Shown in pieces: positions 40,401 through 53,300 of a DNA stretch of 64,000 bases. Position numbers and translations under genes: made by a program. The first letter of the stretch is position 1, and each line of letters opens with the position of its first letter. Under the pieces are notes generated by a model that did not search any database, was not told where the DNA came from, and saw nothing but the letters and a program-made list of their open reading frames with translations. Origin of the DNA: Auanema rhodensis (lineage: Eukaryota > Animalia > Nematoda); contig OZ059898.1 in the NCBI GenBank assembly GCA_964057225.1, forward strand, positions 1,860,001-1,924,000, in the 5' to 3' direction.

Positions 40401-43400
40401 AAAAGGAATCTAAAAACATCTACTTTTTGCTAAATTATTTTGAAATTTTTCGAAAAAATTTTTGTCAAAATGTTTTTGGAAGCAATGTTGAGTGTACATG
40501 GAAACTCAACATACACTAATGCATCATTTTTCAAACGATCATAACTAATTTTTGTATTAAGCGTTTCTCAATGTAGTATAGTGCATTCGATGCGGATTTT
40601 TAAGCTGCGTCGATCTGTGTTATCAGATTTGCGCTAGCTTAAAAATGCACCGAGATATCAACTGATATAAGTTCACACTTATATCCTCGATTTTCACCCT
40701 GAAGAATTAATTTTTTCGTTGAATAACATTGTCCATCATCTTTGCTTTGAAAAAAGGAATCTAAAAACATCTACTTTTTGCTAAATTATTTTGAAATTTT
40801 TCGTAAAAATTTTTGTCAAAATGTTTTTGGAAGCAATGTTGAGTGTACATGGAAACTCAACATACACTAATGCATCATTTTTCAAACGATCATAACTAAT
40901 TTTTGTATTAAGCGTTTCTCAATGTAGTATAGTGCATTCGATGCGGATTTTTAAGCTGCGTCGATCTGTGTTATCAGATTTGCGCTAGCTTAAAAATGCA
41001 CCGAGATATCAACTGATATAAGTTCACACTTATATCCTCGATTTTCACCCTGAAGAATTAATTTTTTCGTTGAATAACATTGTCCATCGTCTTTGCCTTG
41101 AAAAAAGGAATCTAAAAACATCTACTTTTTGCTAAATTATTTTGAAATTTTTCGAAAAAATTTTTGTCAAAATGTTTTTGGAAGCAATGTTGAGTGTACA
41201 TGGAAACTCAACATACACTAATGCATCATTTTTCAAACGATCATAACTAATTTTTGTATTAAGCGTTTTTCAATGTAGTATAGTGCATTCGATGCGGATT
41301 TTTAAGCTGCGTCGATCTGTGTTATCAGATTTGCGCTAGCTTAAAAATGCACCGAGATATCAACTGGTATAAGTTCACACTTATATCCTCGATTTTCACC
41401 CTGAAGAATTAATTTTTTCGTTGAATAACATTGTCCATCGTCTTTGCCTTGAAAAAAGGAATCTAAAAACATCTACTTTTTGCTAAATTATTTTGAAATT
41501 TTTCGAAAAAATTTTTGTCAAAATGTTTTTGGAAGCAATGTTGAGTGTACATGGAAACTCAACATACACTAATGCATCATTTTTCAAACGATCATAACTA
41601 ATTTTTGTAATAAGCGTTTTTCAAAGTAGTATAGTGCATTCGATGCGGATTTTTAAGCTGCGTCGATCTGTGTTATCAGATTTGCGCTAGCTTAAAAATG
41701 CACCGAGATATCAACTGATATAAGTTCACACTTATATCCTCGATTTTCACCCTGAAGAATTAATTTTTTCGTTGAATAACATTGTCCATCGTCTTTGCTT
41801 TAAAAAAAGGAATCTAAAAACATCTACTTTTTGCTAAATTATTTTGAAATTTTTCGAAAAAATTTTTGTCAAAATGTTTTTGGAAGCAATGTTGAGTGTA
41901 CATGGAAACTCAACATACACTAATGCATCATTTTTCAAACGATCATAACTAATTTTTGTATTAAGCGTTTCTCAATGTAGTATAGTGCATTCGATGCGGA
42001 TTTTTAAGCTGCGTCGATCTGTGTTATCAGATTTGCGCTAGCTTAAAAATGCACCGAGATATCAACTGATATAAGTTCACACTTATATCCTCGATTTTCA
42101 CCCTGAAGAATTAATTTTTTCGTTGAATAACATTGTCCATCATCTTTGCTTTGAAAAAAGGAATCTAAAAACATCTACTTTTTGCTAAATTATTTTGAAA
42201 TTTTTCGTAAAAATTTTTGTCAAAATGTTTTTGGAAGCAATGTTGAGTGTACATGGAAACTCAACATACACTAATGCATCATTTTTCAAACGATCATAAC
42301 TAATTTTTGTATTAAGCGTTTCTCAATGTAGTATAGTGCATTCGATGCGGATTTTTAAGCTGCGTCGATCTGTGTTATCAGATTTGCGCTAGCTTAAAAA
42401 TGCACCGAGATATCAACTGATATAAGTTCACACTTATATCCTCGATTTTCACCCTGAAGAATTAATTTTTTCGTTGAATAACATTGTCCATCATCTTTGC
42501 TTTGAAAAAAGGAATCTAAAAACATCTACTTTTTGCTAAATTATTTTGAAATTTTTCGTAAAAATTTTTGTCAAAATGTTTTTGGAAGCAATGTTGAGTG
42601 TACATGGAAACTCAACATACACTAATGCATCATTTTTCAAACGATCATAACTAATTTTTGTATTAAGCGTTTCTCAATGTAGTATAGTGCATTCGATGCG
42701 GATTTTTAAGCTGCGTCGATCTGTGCTATCAGATTTGCGCTAGCTTAAAAATGCACCGAGATATCAACTGATATAAGTTCACACTTATATCCTCGATTTT
42801 CACCCTGAAGAATTAATTTTTTCGTTGAATAACATTGTCCATCATCTTTGCTTTGAAAAAAGGAATCTAAAAACATCTACTTTTTGCTAAATTATTTTGA
42901 AATTTTTCGTAAAAATTTTTGTCAAAATGTTTTTGGAAGCAATGTTGAGTGTACATGGAAACTCAACATACACTAATGCATCATTTTTCAAACGATCATA
43001 ACTAATTTTTGTATTAAGCGTTTCTCAATGTAGTATAGTGCATTCGATGCGGATTTTTAAGCTGCGTCGATCTGTGTTATCAGATTTGCGCTAGCTTAAA
43101 AATGCACCGAGATATCAACTGATATAAGTTCACACTTATATCCTCGATTTTCACCCTGAAGAATTAATTTTTTCGTTGAATAACATTGTCCATCGTCTTT
43201 GCCTTGAAAAAAGGAATCTAAAAACATCTACTTTTTGCTAAATTATTTTGAAATTTTTCGAAAAAATTTTTGTCAAAATGTTTTTGGAAGCAATGTTGAG
43301 TGTACATGGAAACTCAACATACACTAATGCATCATTTTTCAAACGATCATAACTAATTTTTGTATTAAGCGTTTTTCAATGTAGTATAGTGCATTCGATG

Positions 43401-46400
43401 CGGATTTTTAAGCTGCGTCGATCTGTGTTATCAGATTTGCGCTAGCTTAAAAATGCACCGAGATATCAACTGGTATAAGTTCACACTTATATCCTCGATT
43501 TTCACCCTGAAGAATTAATTTTTTCGTTGAATAACATTGTCCATCGTCTTTGCCTTGAAAAAAGGAATCTAAAAACATCTACTTTTTGCTAAATTATTTT
43601 GAAATTTTTCGAAAAAATTTTTGTCAAAATGTTTTTGGAAGCAATGTTGAGTGTACATGGAAACTCAACATACACTAATGCATCATTTTTCAAACGATCA
43701 TAACTAATTTTTGTAATAAGCGTTTTTCAAAGTAGTATAGTGCATTCGATGCGGATTTTTAAGCTGCGTCGATCTGTGTTATCAGATTTGCGCTAGCTTA
43801 AAAATGCACCGAGATATCAACTGATATAAGTTCACACTTATATCCTCGATTTTCACCCTGAAGAATTAATTTTTTCGTTGAATAACATTGTCCATCGTCT
43901 TTGCTTTGAAAAAAGGAATCTAAAAACATCTACTTTTTGCTAAATTATTTTGAAATTTTTCGAAAAAATTTTTGTCAAAATGTTTTTGGAAGCAATGTTG
44001 AGTGTACATGGAAACTCAACATACACTAATGCATCATTTTTCAAACGATCATAACTAATTTTTGTATTAAGCGTTTCTCAATGTAGTATAGTGCATTCGA
44101 TGCGGATTTTTAAGCTGCGTCGATCTGTGTTATCAGATTTGCGCTAGCTTAAAAATGCACCGAGATATCAACTGATATAAGTTCACACTTATATCCTCGA
44201 TTTTCACCCTGAAGAATTAATTTTTTCGTTGAATAACATTGTCCATCATCTTTGCTTTGAAAAAAGGAATCTAAAAACATCTACTTTTTGCTAAATTATT
44301 TTGAAATTTTTCGTAAAAATTTTTGTCAAAATGTTTTTGGAAGCAATGTTGAGTGTACATGGAAACTCAACATACACTAATGCATCATTTTTCAAACGAT
44401 CATAACTAATTTTTGTATTAAGCGTTTCTCAATGTAGTATAGTGCATTCGATGCGGATTTTTAAGCTGCGTCGATCTGTGTTATCAGATTTGCGCTAGCT
44501 TAAAAATGCACCGAGATATCAACTGATATAAGTTCACACTTATATCCTCGATTTTCACCCTGAAGAATTAATTTTTTCGTTGAATAACATTGTCCATCAT
44601 CTTTGCTTTGAAAAAAGGAATCTAAAAACATCTACTTTTTGCTAAATTATTTTGAAATTTTTCGTAAAAATTTTTGTCAAAATGTTTTTGGAAGCAATGT
44701 TGAGTGTACATGGAAACTCAACATACACTAATGCATCATTTTTCAAACGATCATAACTAATTTTTGTATTAAGCGTTTCTCAATGTAGTATAGTGCATTC
44801 GATGCGGATTTTTAAGCTGCGTCGATCTGTGTTATCAGATTTGCGCTAGCTTAAAAATGCACCGAGATATCAACTGATATAAGTTCACACTTATATCCTC
44901 GATTTTCACCCTGAAGAATTAATTTTTTCGTTGAATAACATTGTCCATCATCTTTGCTTTGAAAAAAGGAATCTAAAAACATCTACTTTTTGCTAAATTA
45001 TTTTGAAATTTTTCGTAAAAATTTTTGTCAAAATGTTTTTGGAAGCAATGTTGAGTGTACATGGAAACTCAACATACACTAATGCATCATTTTTCAAACG
45101 ATCATAACTAATTTTTGTATTAAGCGTTTCTCAATGTAGTATAGTGCATTCGATGCGGATTTTTAAGCTGCGTCGATCTGTGTTATCAGATTTGCGCTAG
45201 CTTAAAAATGCACCGAGATATCAACTGATATAAGTTCACACTTATATCCTCGATTTTCACCCTGAAGAATTAATTTTTTCGTTGAATAACATTGTCCATC
45301 GTCTTTGCCTTGAAAAAAGGAATCTAAAAACATCTACTTTTTGCTAAATTATTTTGAAATTTTTCGAAAAAATTTTTGTCAAAATGTTTTTGGAAGCAAT
45401 GTTGAGTGTACATGGAAACTCAACATACACTAATGCATCATTTTTCAAACGATCATAACTAATTTTTGTATTAAGCGTTTCTCAATGTAGTATAGTGCAT
45501 TCGATGCGGATTTTTAAGCTGCGTCGATCTGTGTTATCAGATTTGCGCTAGCTTAAAAATGCACCGAGATATCAACTGATATAAGTTCACACTTATATCC
45601 TCGATTTTCACCCTGAAGAATTAATTTTTTCGTTGAATAACATTGTCCATCATCTTTGCTTTGAAAAAAGGAATCTAAAAACATCTACTTTTTGCTAAAT
45701 TATTTTGAAAATTTTCGTAAAAATTTTTGTCAAAATGTTTTTGGAAGCAATGTTGAGTGTACATGGAAACTCAACATACACTAATGCATCATTTTTCAAA
45801 CGATCATAACTAATTTTTGTATTAAGCGTTTCTCAATGTAGTATAGTGCATTCGATGCGGATTTTTAAGCTGCGTCGATCTGTGTTATCAGATTTGCGCT
45901 AGCTTAAAAATGCACCGAGATATCAACTGATATAAGTTCACACTTATATCCTCGATTTTCACCCTGAAGAATTAATTTTTTCGTTGAATAACATTGTCCA
46001 TCGTCTTTGCCTTGAAAAAAGGAATCTAAAAACATCTACTTTTTGCTAAATTATTTTGAAATTTTTCGAAAAAATTTTTGTCAAAATGTTTTTGGAAGCA
46101 ATGTTGAGTGTACATGGAAACTCAACATACACTAATGCATCATTTTTCAAACGATCATAACTAATTTTTGTATTAAGCGTTTTTCAATGTAGTATAGTGC
46201 ATTCGATGCGGATTTTTAAGCTGCGTCGATCTGTGTTATCAGATTTGCGCTAGCTTAAAAATGCACCGAGATATCAACTGGTATAAGTTCACACTTATAT
46301 CCTCGATTTTCACCCTGAAGAATTAATTTTTTCGTTGAATAACATTGTCCATCGTCTTTGCCTTGAAAAAAGGAATCTAAAAACATCTACTTTTTGCTAA

Positions 46401-47386
46401 ATTATTTTGAAATTTTTCGAAAAAATTTTTGTCAAAATGTTTTTGGAAGCAATGTTGAGTGTACATGGAAACTCAACATACACTAATGCATCATTTTTCA
46501 AACGATCATAACTAATTTTTGTATTAAGCGTTCCTCAATGTAGTATAGTGCTTTCGATGCGGATTTTTAAGCTGCGTCGATCTGTGTTATCAGATTTGCG
46601 CTAGCTTAAAAATGCACCGAGATATCAACTGGTATAAGTTCACACTTATATCCTCGATTTTCACCCTGAAGAATTAATTTTTTCGTTGAATAACAGTGTC
46701 CATCGTCTTTGCCTTGAAAAAAGGAATCTAAAAACATCTACTTTTTGCTAAATTATCTTGAAATTTTTCGAAAAAATTTTTGTCAAAATGTTTTTGGAAG
46801 CAATGTTGAGTGTACATGGAAACTCAACATACACTAATGCATCATTTTTCAAACGATCATAACTAATTTTTGTATTAAGCGTTTCTCAATGTAGTATAGT
46901 GCATTCGATGCGGATTTTTAAGCTGCGTCGATCTGTGTTATCAGATTTGCGCTAGCTTAAAAATGCACCGAGATATCAACTGGTATAAGTTCACACTTAT
47001 ATCCTCGATTTTCACCCTGAAGAATTAATTTTTTCGTTGAATAACATTGTCCATCGTCTTTGCCTTGAAAAAAGGAATCTAAAAACATCTACTTTTTGCT
47101 AAATTATTTTGAAATTTTTCGAAAAAATTTTTGTCAAAATGTTTTTGGAAGCAATGTTGAGTGTACATGGAAACTCAACATACACTAATGCATCATTTTT
47201 CAAACGATCATAACTAATTTTTGTATTAAGCGTTTCTCAATGTAGTATAGTGCATTCGATGCGGATTTTTAAGCTGCGTCGATCTGTGTTATCAGATTTG
47301 CGCTAGCTTAAAAATGCACCGAGATATCAACTGGTATAAGTTCACACTTATATCCTCGATTTCCACCCTGAAGAATTGATTTTTTC
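31430..47386. repeat. Satellite variant domain 3 (3' part of M90 to M135)
   Basis: Recurrent haplotypes G21A+C29T+A87T (catcatctttgcttt...tcgtaaa) and T191A+C201T+T206A (gtaataagcgtttttcaaagt). Confidence 0.85.
41610..47386. repeat. Second copy of a ~17-monomer block duplication (first copy ~31430-37206; offset 10,180 bp)
   Basis: Same ordered series of rare variants: gctttaaaa (M91/M120), gtgctatc (32546/42726), ttcctc+ctttcg (M104/M133), acagtg+tatctt (M105/M134), ttccacc+gaattga (M106/M135). Confidence 0.9.
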
Positions 47387-50300
47387 GTTGAATAACATTG
47401 TCCATCGTCTTTGCCTTGAAAAAAGGAATCTAAAAACATCTACTTTTTGCTAAATTATTTTGAAATTTTTCGAAAAAATTTTTGTCAAAATGTTTTTGGA
47501 AGCAATGTTGAGTGTACATGGAAACTCAACATACACTAATGCATCATTTTTCAAACGATCATAACTAATTTTTGTATTAAGCGTTTTTCAATGTAGTATA
47601 GTGCATTCGATGCGGATTTTTAAGCTGCGTCGATCTGTGTTATCAGATTTGCGCTAGCGTAAAAATGCACCGAGATATCAACTGGTATAAGTTCACAATT
47701 ATATCCTCGATTTTCACCCTGAAGAATTAATTTTTTCGTTGAATAACATTGTCCATCGTCTTTGCCTTGAAAAAAGGAATCTAAAAACATCTACTTTTTG
47801 CTAAATTATTTTGAAATTTTTCGAAAAAATTTTTGTCAAAATGTTTTTGGAAGCAATGTTGAGTGTACATGGAAACTCAACATACACTAATGCATCATTT
47901 TTCAAACGATCATAACTAATTTTTGTATTAAGCGTTTTTCAATGTAGTATAGTGCATTCGATGCGGATTTTTAAGCTGCGTCGATCTGTGTTATCAGATT
48001 TGCGCTAGCTTAAAAATGCACCGAGATATCAACTGGTATAAGTTCACACTTATATCCTCGATTTTCACCCTGAAGAATTAATTTTTTCGTTGAATAACAT
48101 TGTCCATCGTCTTTGCCTTGAAAAAAAGGAATCTAAAAACATCTACTTTTTGCTAAATTATTTTGAAATTTTTCGAAAAAATTTTTGTCAAAATGTTTTT
48201 GGAAGCAATGTTGAGTGTACATGGAAACTCAACATACACTAATGCATCATTTTTCAAACGATCATAACTAATTTTTGTATTAAGCGTTTCTCAATGTAGT
48301 ATAGTGCATTCGATGCGGATTTTTAAGCTGCGTCGATCTGTGTTATCAGATTTGCGCTAGCTTAAAAATGCACCGAGATATTAACTGATATAAGTTCACA
48401 CTTATATCCTCGATTTTCACCCTGAAGAATTAATTTTTTCGTTGAATAACAGTGTCCATCGTCTTTGCCTTGAAAAAAGGAATCTAAAAACATCTACTTT
48501 TTGCTAAATTATTTTGAAATTTTTCGAAAAAATTTTTGTCAAAATGTTTTTGGAAGCAATGTTGAGTGTACATGGAAACTCAACATACACTAATGCATCA
48601 TTTTTCAAACGATCATAACTAATTTTTGTATTAAGCGTTTTTCAATGTAGTATAGTGCATTCGATGCGGATTTTTAAGCTGCGTCGATCTGTGTTATCAG
48701 ATTTGCGCTAGCTTAAAAATGCACCGAGATATCAACTGGTATAAGTTCACAATTATATCCTCGATTTTCACCCTGAAGAATTAATTTTTTCGTTGAATAA
48801 CATTGTCCATCGTCTTTGCCTTGAAAAAAGAAATCTAAAAACATCTACTTTTTGCTAAATTATTTTGAAATTTTTCGAAAAAATTTTTGTCAAAATGTTT
48901 TTGGAAGCAATGTTGAGTGTACATGGAAACTCAACATACACTAATGCATCATTTTTCAAACGATCATAACTAATTTTTGTATTAAGCGTTTCTCAATGTA
49001 GTATAGTGCATTCGATGCGGATTTTTAAGCTGCGTCGATCTGTGTTATCAGATTTGCGCTAGCGTAAAAATGCACCGAGATATCAACTGGTATAAGTTCA
49101 CAATTATATCCTCGATTTTCACCCTGAAGAATTAATTTTTTCGTTGAATAACATTGTCCATCGTCTTTGCCTTGAAAAAAGGAATCTAAAAACATCTACT
49201 TTTTGCTAAATTATTTTGAAATTTTTCGAAAAAATTTTTGTCAAAATGTTTTTGGAAGCAATGTTGAGTGTACATGGAAACTCAACATACACTAATGCAT
49301 CATTTTTCAAACGATCATAACTAATTTTTGTATTAAGCGTTTTTCAATGTAGTATAGTGCATTCGATGCGGATTTTTAAGCTGCGTCGATCTGTGTTATC
49401 AGATTTGCGCTAGCTTAAAAATGCACCGAGATATCAACTGGTATAAGTTCACACTTATATCCTCGATTTTCACCCTGAAGAATTAATTTTTTTGTTGAAT
49501 AACATTGTCCATCGTCTTTGCCTTGAAAAAAGGAATCTAAAAACATCTACTTTTTGCTAAATTATTTTGAAATTTTTCGAAAAAATTTTTGTCAAAATGT
49601 TTTTGGAAGCAATGTTGAGTGTACATGGAAACTCAACATACACTAATGCATCATTTTTCAAACGATCATAACTAATTTTTGTATTAAGCGTTTCTCAATG
49701 TAGTATAGTGCATTCGATGCGGATTTTTAAGCTGCGTCGATCTGTGTTATCAGATTTGCGCTAGCTTAAAAATGCACCGAGATATCAACTGGTATAAGTT
49801 CACACTTATATCCTCGATTTCCACCCTGAAGAATTGATTTTTTCGTTGAATAACATTGTCCATCGTCTTTGCCTTGAAAAAAGGAATCTAAAAACATCTA
49901 CTTTTTGCTAAATTATTTTGAAATTTTTCGAAAAAATTTTTGTCAAAATGTTTTTGGAAGCAATGTTGAGTGTACATGGAAACTCAACATACACTAATGC
50001 ATTATTTTTCAAACGATCATAACTAATTTTTGTATTAAGCGTTTTTCAATGTAGTATAGTGCATTCGATGCGGATTTTTAAGCTGCGTCGATCTGTGTTA
50101 TCAGATTTGCGCTAGCGTAAAAATGCACCGAGATATCAACTGGTATAAGTTCACAATTATATCCTCGATTTTCACCCTGAAGAATTAATTTTTTCGTTGA
50201 ATAACATTGTCCATCGTCTTTGCCTTGAAAAAAGGAATCTAAAAACATCTACTTTTTGCTAAATTATTTTGAAATTTTTCGAAAAAATTTTTGTCAAAAT

Positions 50301-53300
50301 GTTTTTGGAAGCAATGTTGAGTGTACATGGAAACTCAACATACACTAATGCATCATTTTTCAAACGATCATAACTAATTTTTGTATTAAGCGTTTTTCAA
50401 TGTAGTATAGTGCATTCGATGCGGATTTTTAAGCTGCGTCGATCTGTGTTATCAGATTTGCGCTAGCTTAAAAATGCACCGAGATATCAACTGGTATAAG
50501 TTCACACTTATATCCTCGATTTTCACCCTGAAGAATTAATTTTTTCGTTGAATTACATTGTCCATCGTCTTTGCCTTGAAAAAAGGAATCTAAAAACATC
50601 TACTTTTTGCTAAATTATTTTGAAATTTTTCGAAAAAATTTTTGTCAAAATGTTTTTGGAAGCAATGTTGAGTGTACATGGAAACTCAACATACACTAAT
50701 GCATCATTTTTCAAACGATCATAACTAATTTTTGTATTAAGCGTTTCTCAATGTAGTATAGTGCATTCGATGCGGATTTTTAAGCTGCGTCGATCTGTGT
50801 TATCAGATTTGCGCTAGCTTAAAAATGCACCGAGATATTAACTGATATAAGTTCACACTTATATCCTCGATTTTCACCCTGAAGAATTAATTTTTTCGTT
50901 GAATAACAGTGTCCATCGTCTTTGCCTTGAAAAAAGGAATCTAAAAACATCTACTTTTTGCTAAATTATTTTGAAATTTTTCGAAAAAATTTTTGTCAAA
51001 ATGTTTTTGGAAGCAATGTTGAGTGTACATGGAAACTCAACATACACTAATGCATCATTTTTCAAACGATCATAACTAATTTTTGTATTAAGCGTTTTTC
51101 AATGTAGTATAGTGCATTCGATGCGGATTTTTAAGCTGCGTCGATCTGTGTTATCAGATTTGCGCTAGCTTAAAAATGCACCGAGATATCAACTGGTATA
51201 AGTTCACAATTATATCCTCGATTTTCACCCTGAAGAATTAATTTTTTCGTTGAATAACATTGTCCATCGTCTTTGCCTTGAAAAAAGAAATCTAAAAACA
51301 TCTACTTTTTGCTAAATTATTTTGAAATTTTTCGAAAAAATTTTTGTCAAAATGTTTTTGGAAGCAATGTTGAGTGTACATGGAAACTCAACATACACTA
51401 ATGCATCATTTTTCAAACGATCATAACTAATTTTTGTATTAAGCGTTTTTCAATGTAGTATAGTGCATTCGATGCGGATTTTTAAGCTGCGTCGATCTGT
51501 GTTATCAGATTTGCGCTAGCTTAAAAATGCACCGAGATATCAACTGGTATAAGTTCACACTTATATCCTCGATTTTCACCCTGAAGAATTAATTTTTTCG
51601 TTGAATAACATTGTCCATCGTCTTTGCCTTGAAAAAAGGAATCTAAAAACATCTACTTTTTGCTAAATTATTTTGAAATTTTTCGAAAAAATTTTTGTCA
51701 AAATGTTTTTGGAAGCAATGTTGAGTGTACATGGAAACTCAACATACACTAATGCATCATTTTTCAAACGATCATAACTAATTTTTGTATTAAGCGTTTC
51801 TCAATGTAGTATAGTGCATTCGATGCGGATTTTTAAGCTGCGTCGATCTGTGTTATCAGATTTGCGCTAGCTTAAAAATGCACCGAGATATTAACTGATA
51901 TAAGTTCACACTTATATCCTCGATTTTCACCCTGAAGAATTAATTTTTTCGTTGAATAACAGTGTCCATCGTCTTTGCCTTGAAAAAAGGAATCTAAAAA
52001 CATCTACTTTTTGCTAAATTATTTTGAAATTTTTCGAAAAAATTTTTGTCAAAATGTTTTTGGAAGCAATGTTGAGTGTACATGGAAACTCAACATACAC
52101 TAATGCATCATTTTTCAAACGATCATAACTAATTTTTGTATTAAGCGTTTTTCAATGTAGTATAGTGCATTCGATGCGGATTTTTAAGCTGCGTCGATCT
52201 GTGTTATCAGATTTGCGCTAGCTTAAAAATGCACCGAGATATCAACTGGTATAAGTTCACAATTATATCCTCGATTTTCACCCTGAAGAATTAATTTTTT
52301 CGTTGAATAACATTGTCCATCGTCTTTGCCTTGAAAAAAGGAATCTAAAAACATCTACTTTTTGCTAAATTATTTTGAAATTTTTCGAAAAAATTTTTGT
52401 CAAAATGTTTTTGGAAGCAATGTTGAGTGTACATGGAAACTCAACATACACTAATGCATCATTTTTCAAACGATCATAACTAATTTTTGTATTAAGCGTT
52501 TTTCAATGTAGTATAGTGCATTCGATGCGGATTTTTAAGCTGCGTCGATCTGTGTTATCAGATTTGCGCTAGCTTAAAAATGCACCGAGATATTAACTGA
52601 TATAAGTTCACACTTATATCCTCGATTTTCACCCTGAAGAATTAATTTTTTCGTTGAATAACAGTGTCCATCGTCTTTGCCTTGAAAAAAGGAATCTAAA
52701 AACATCTACTTTTTGCTAAATTATTTTGAAATTTTTCGAAAAAATTTTTGTCAAAATGTTTTTGGAAGCAATGTTGAGTGTACATGGAAACTCAACATAC
52801 ACTAATGCATCATTTTTCAAACGATCATAACTAATTTTTGTATTAAGCGTTTCTCAATGTAGTATAGTGCATTCGATGCGGATTTTTAAGCTGCGTCCAT
52901 CTGTGTTATCAGATTTGCGCTAGCTTAAAAATGCACCGAGATATTAACTGATATAAGTTCACACTTATATCCTCGATTTTCACCCTGAAGAATTAATTTT
53001 TTCGTTGAATAACAGTGTCCATCGTCTTTGCCTTGAAAAAAGGAATCTAAAAACATCTACTTTTTGCTAAATTATTTTGAAATTTTTCGAAAAAATTTTT
53101 GTCAAAATGTTTTTGGAAGCAATGTTGAGTGTACATGGAAACTCAACATACACTAATGCATCATTTTTCAAACGATCATAACTAATTTTTGTATTAAGCG
53201 TTTTCCAATGTAGTATAGTGCATTCGATGCGGATTTTTAAGCTGCGTCGATCTGTGTTATCAGATTTGCGCTAGCTTAAAAATGCACCGAGATATCAACT

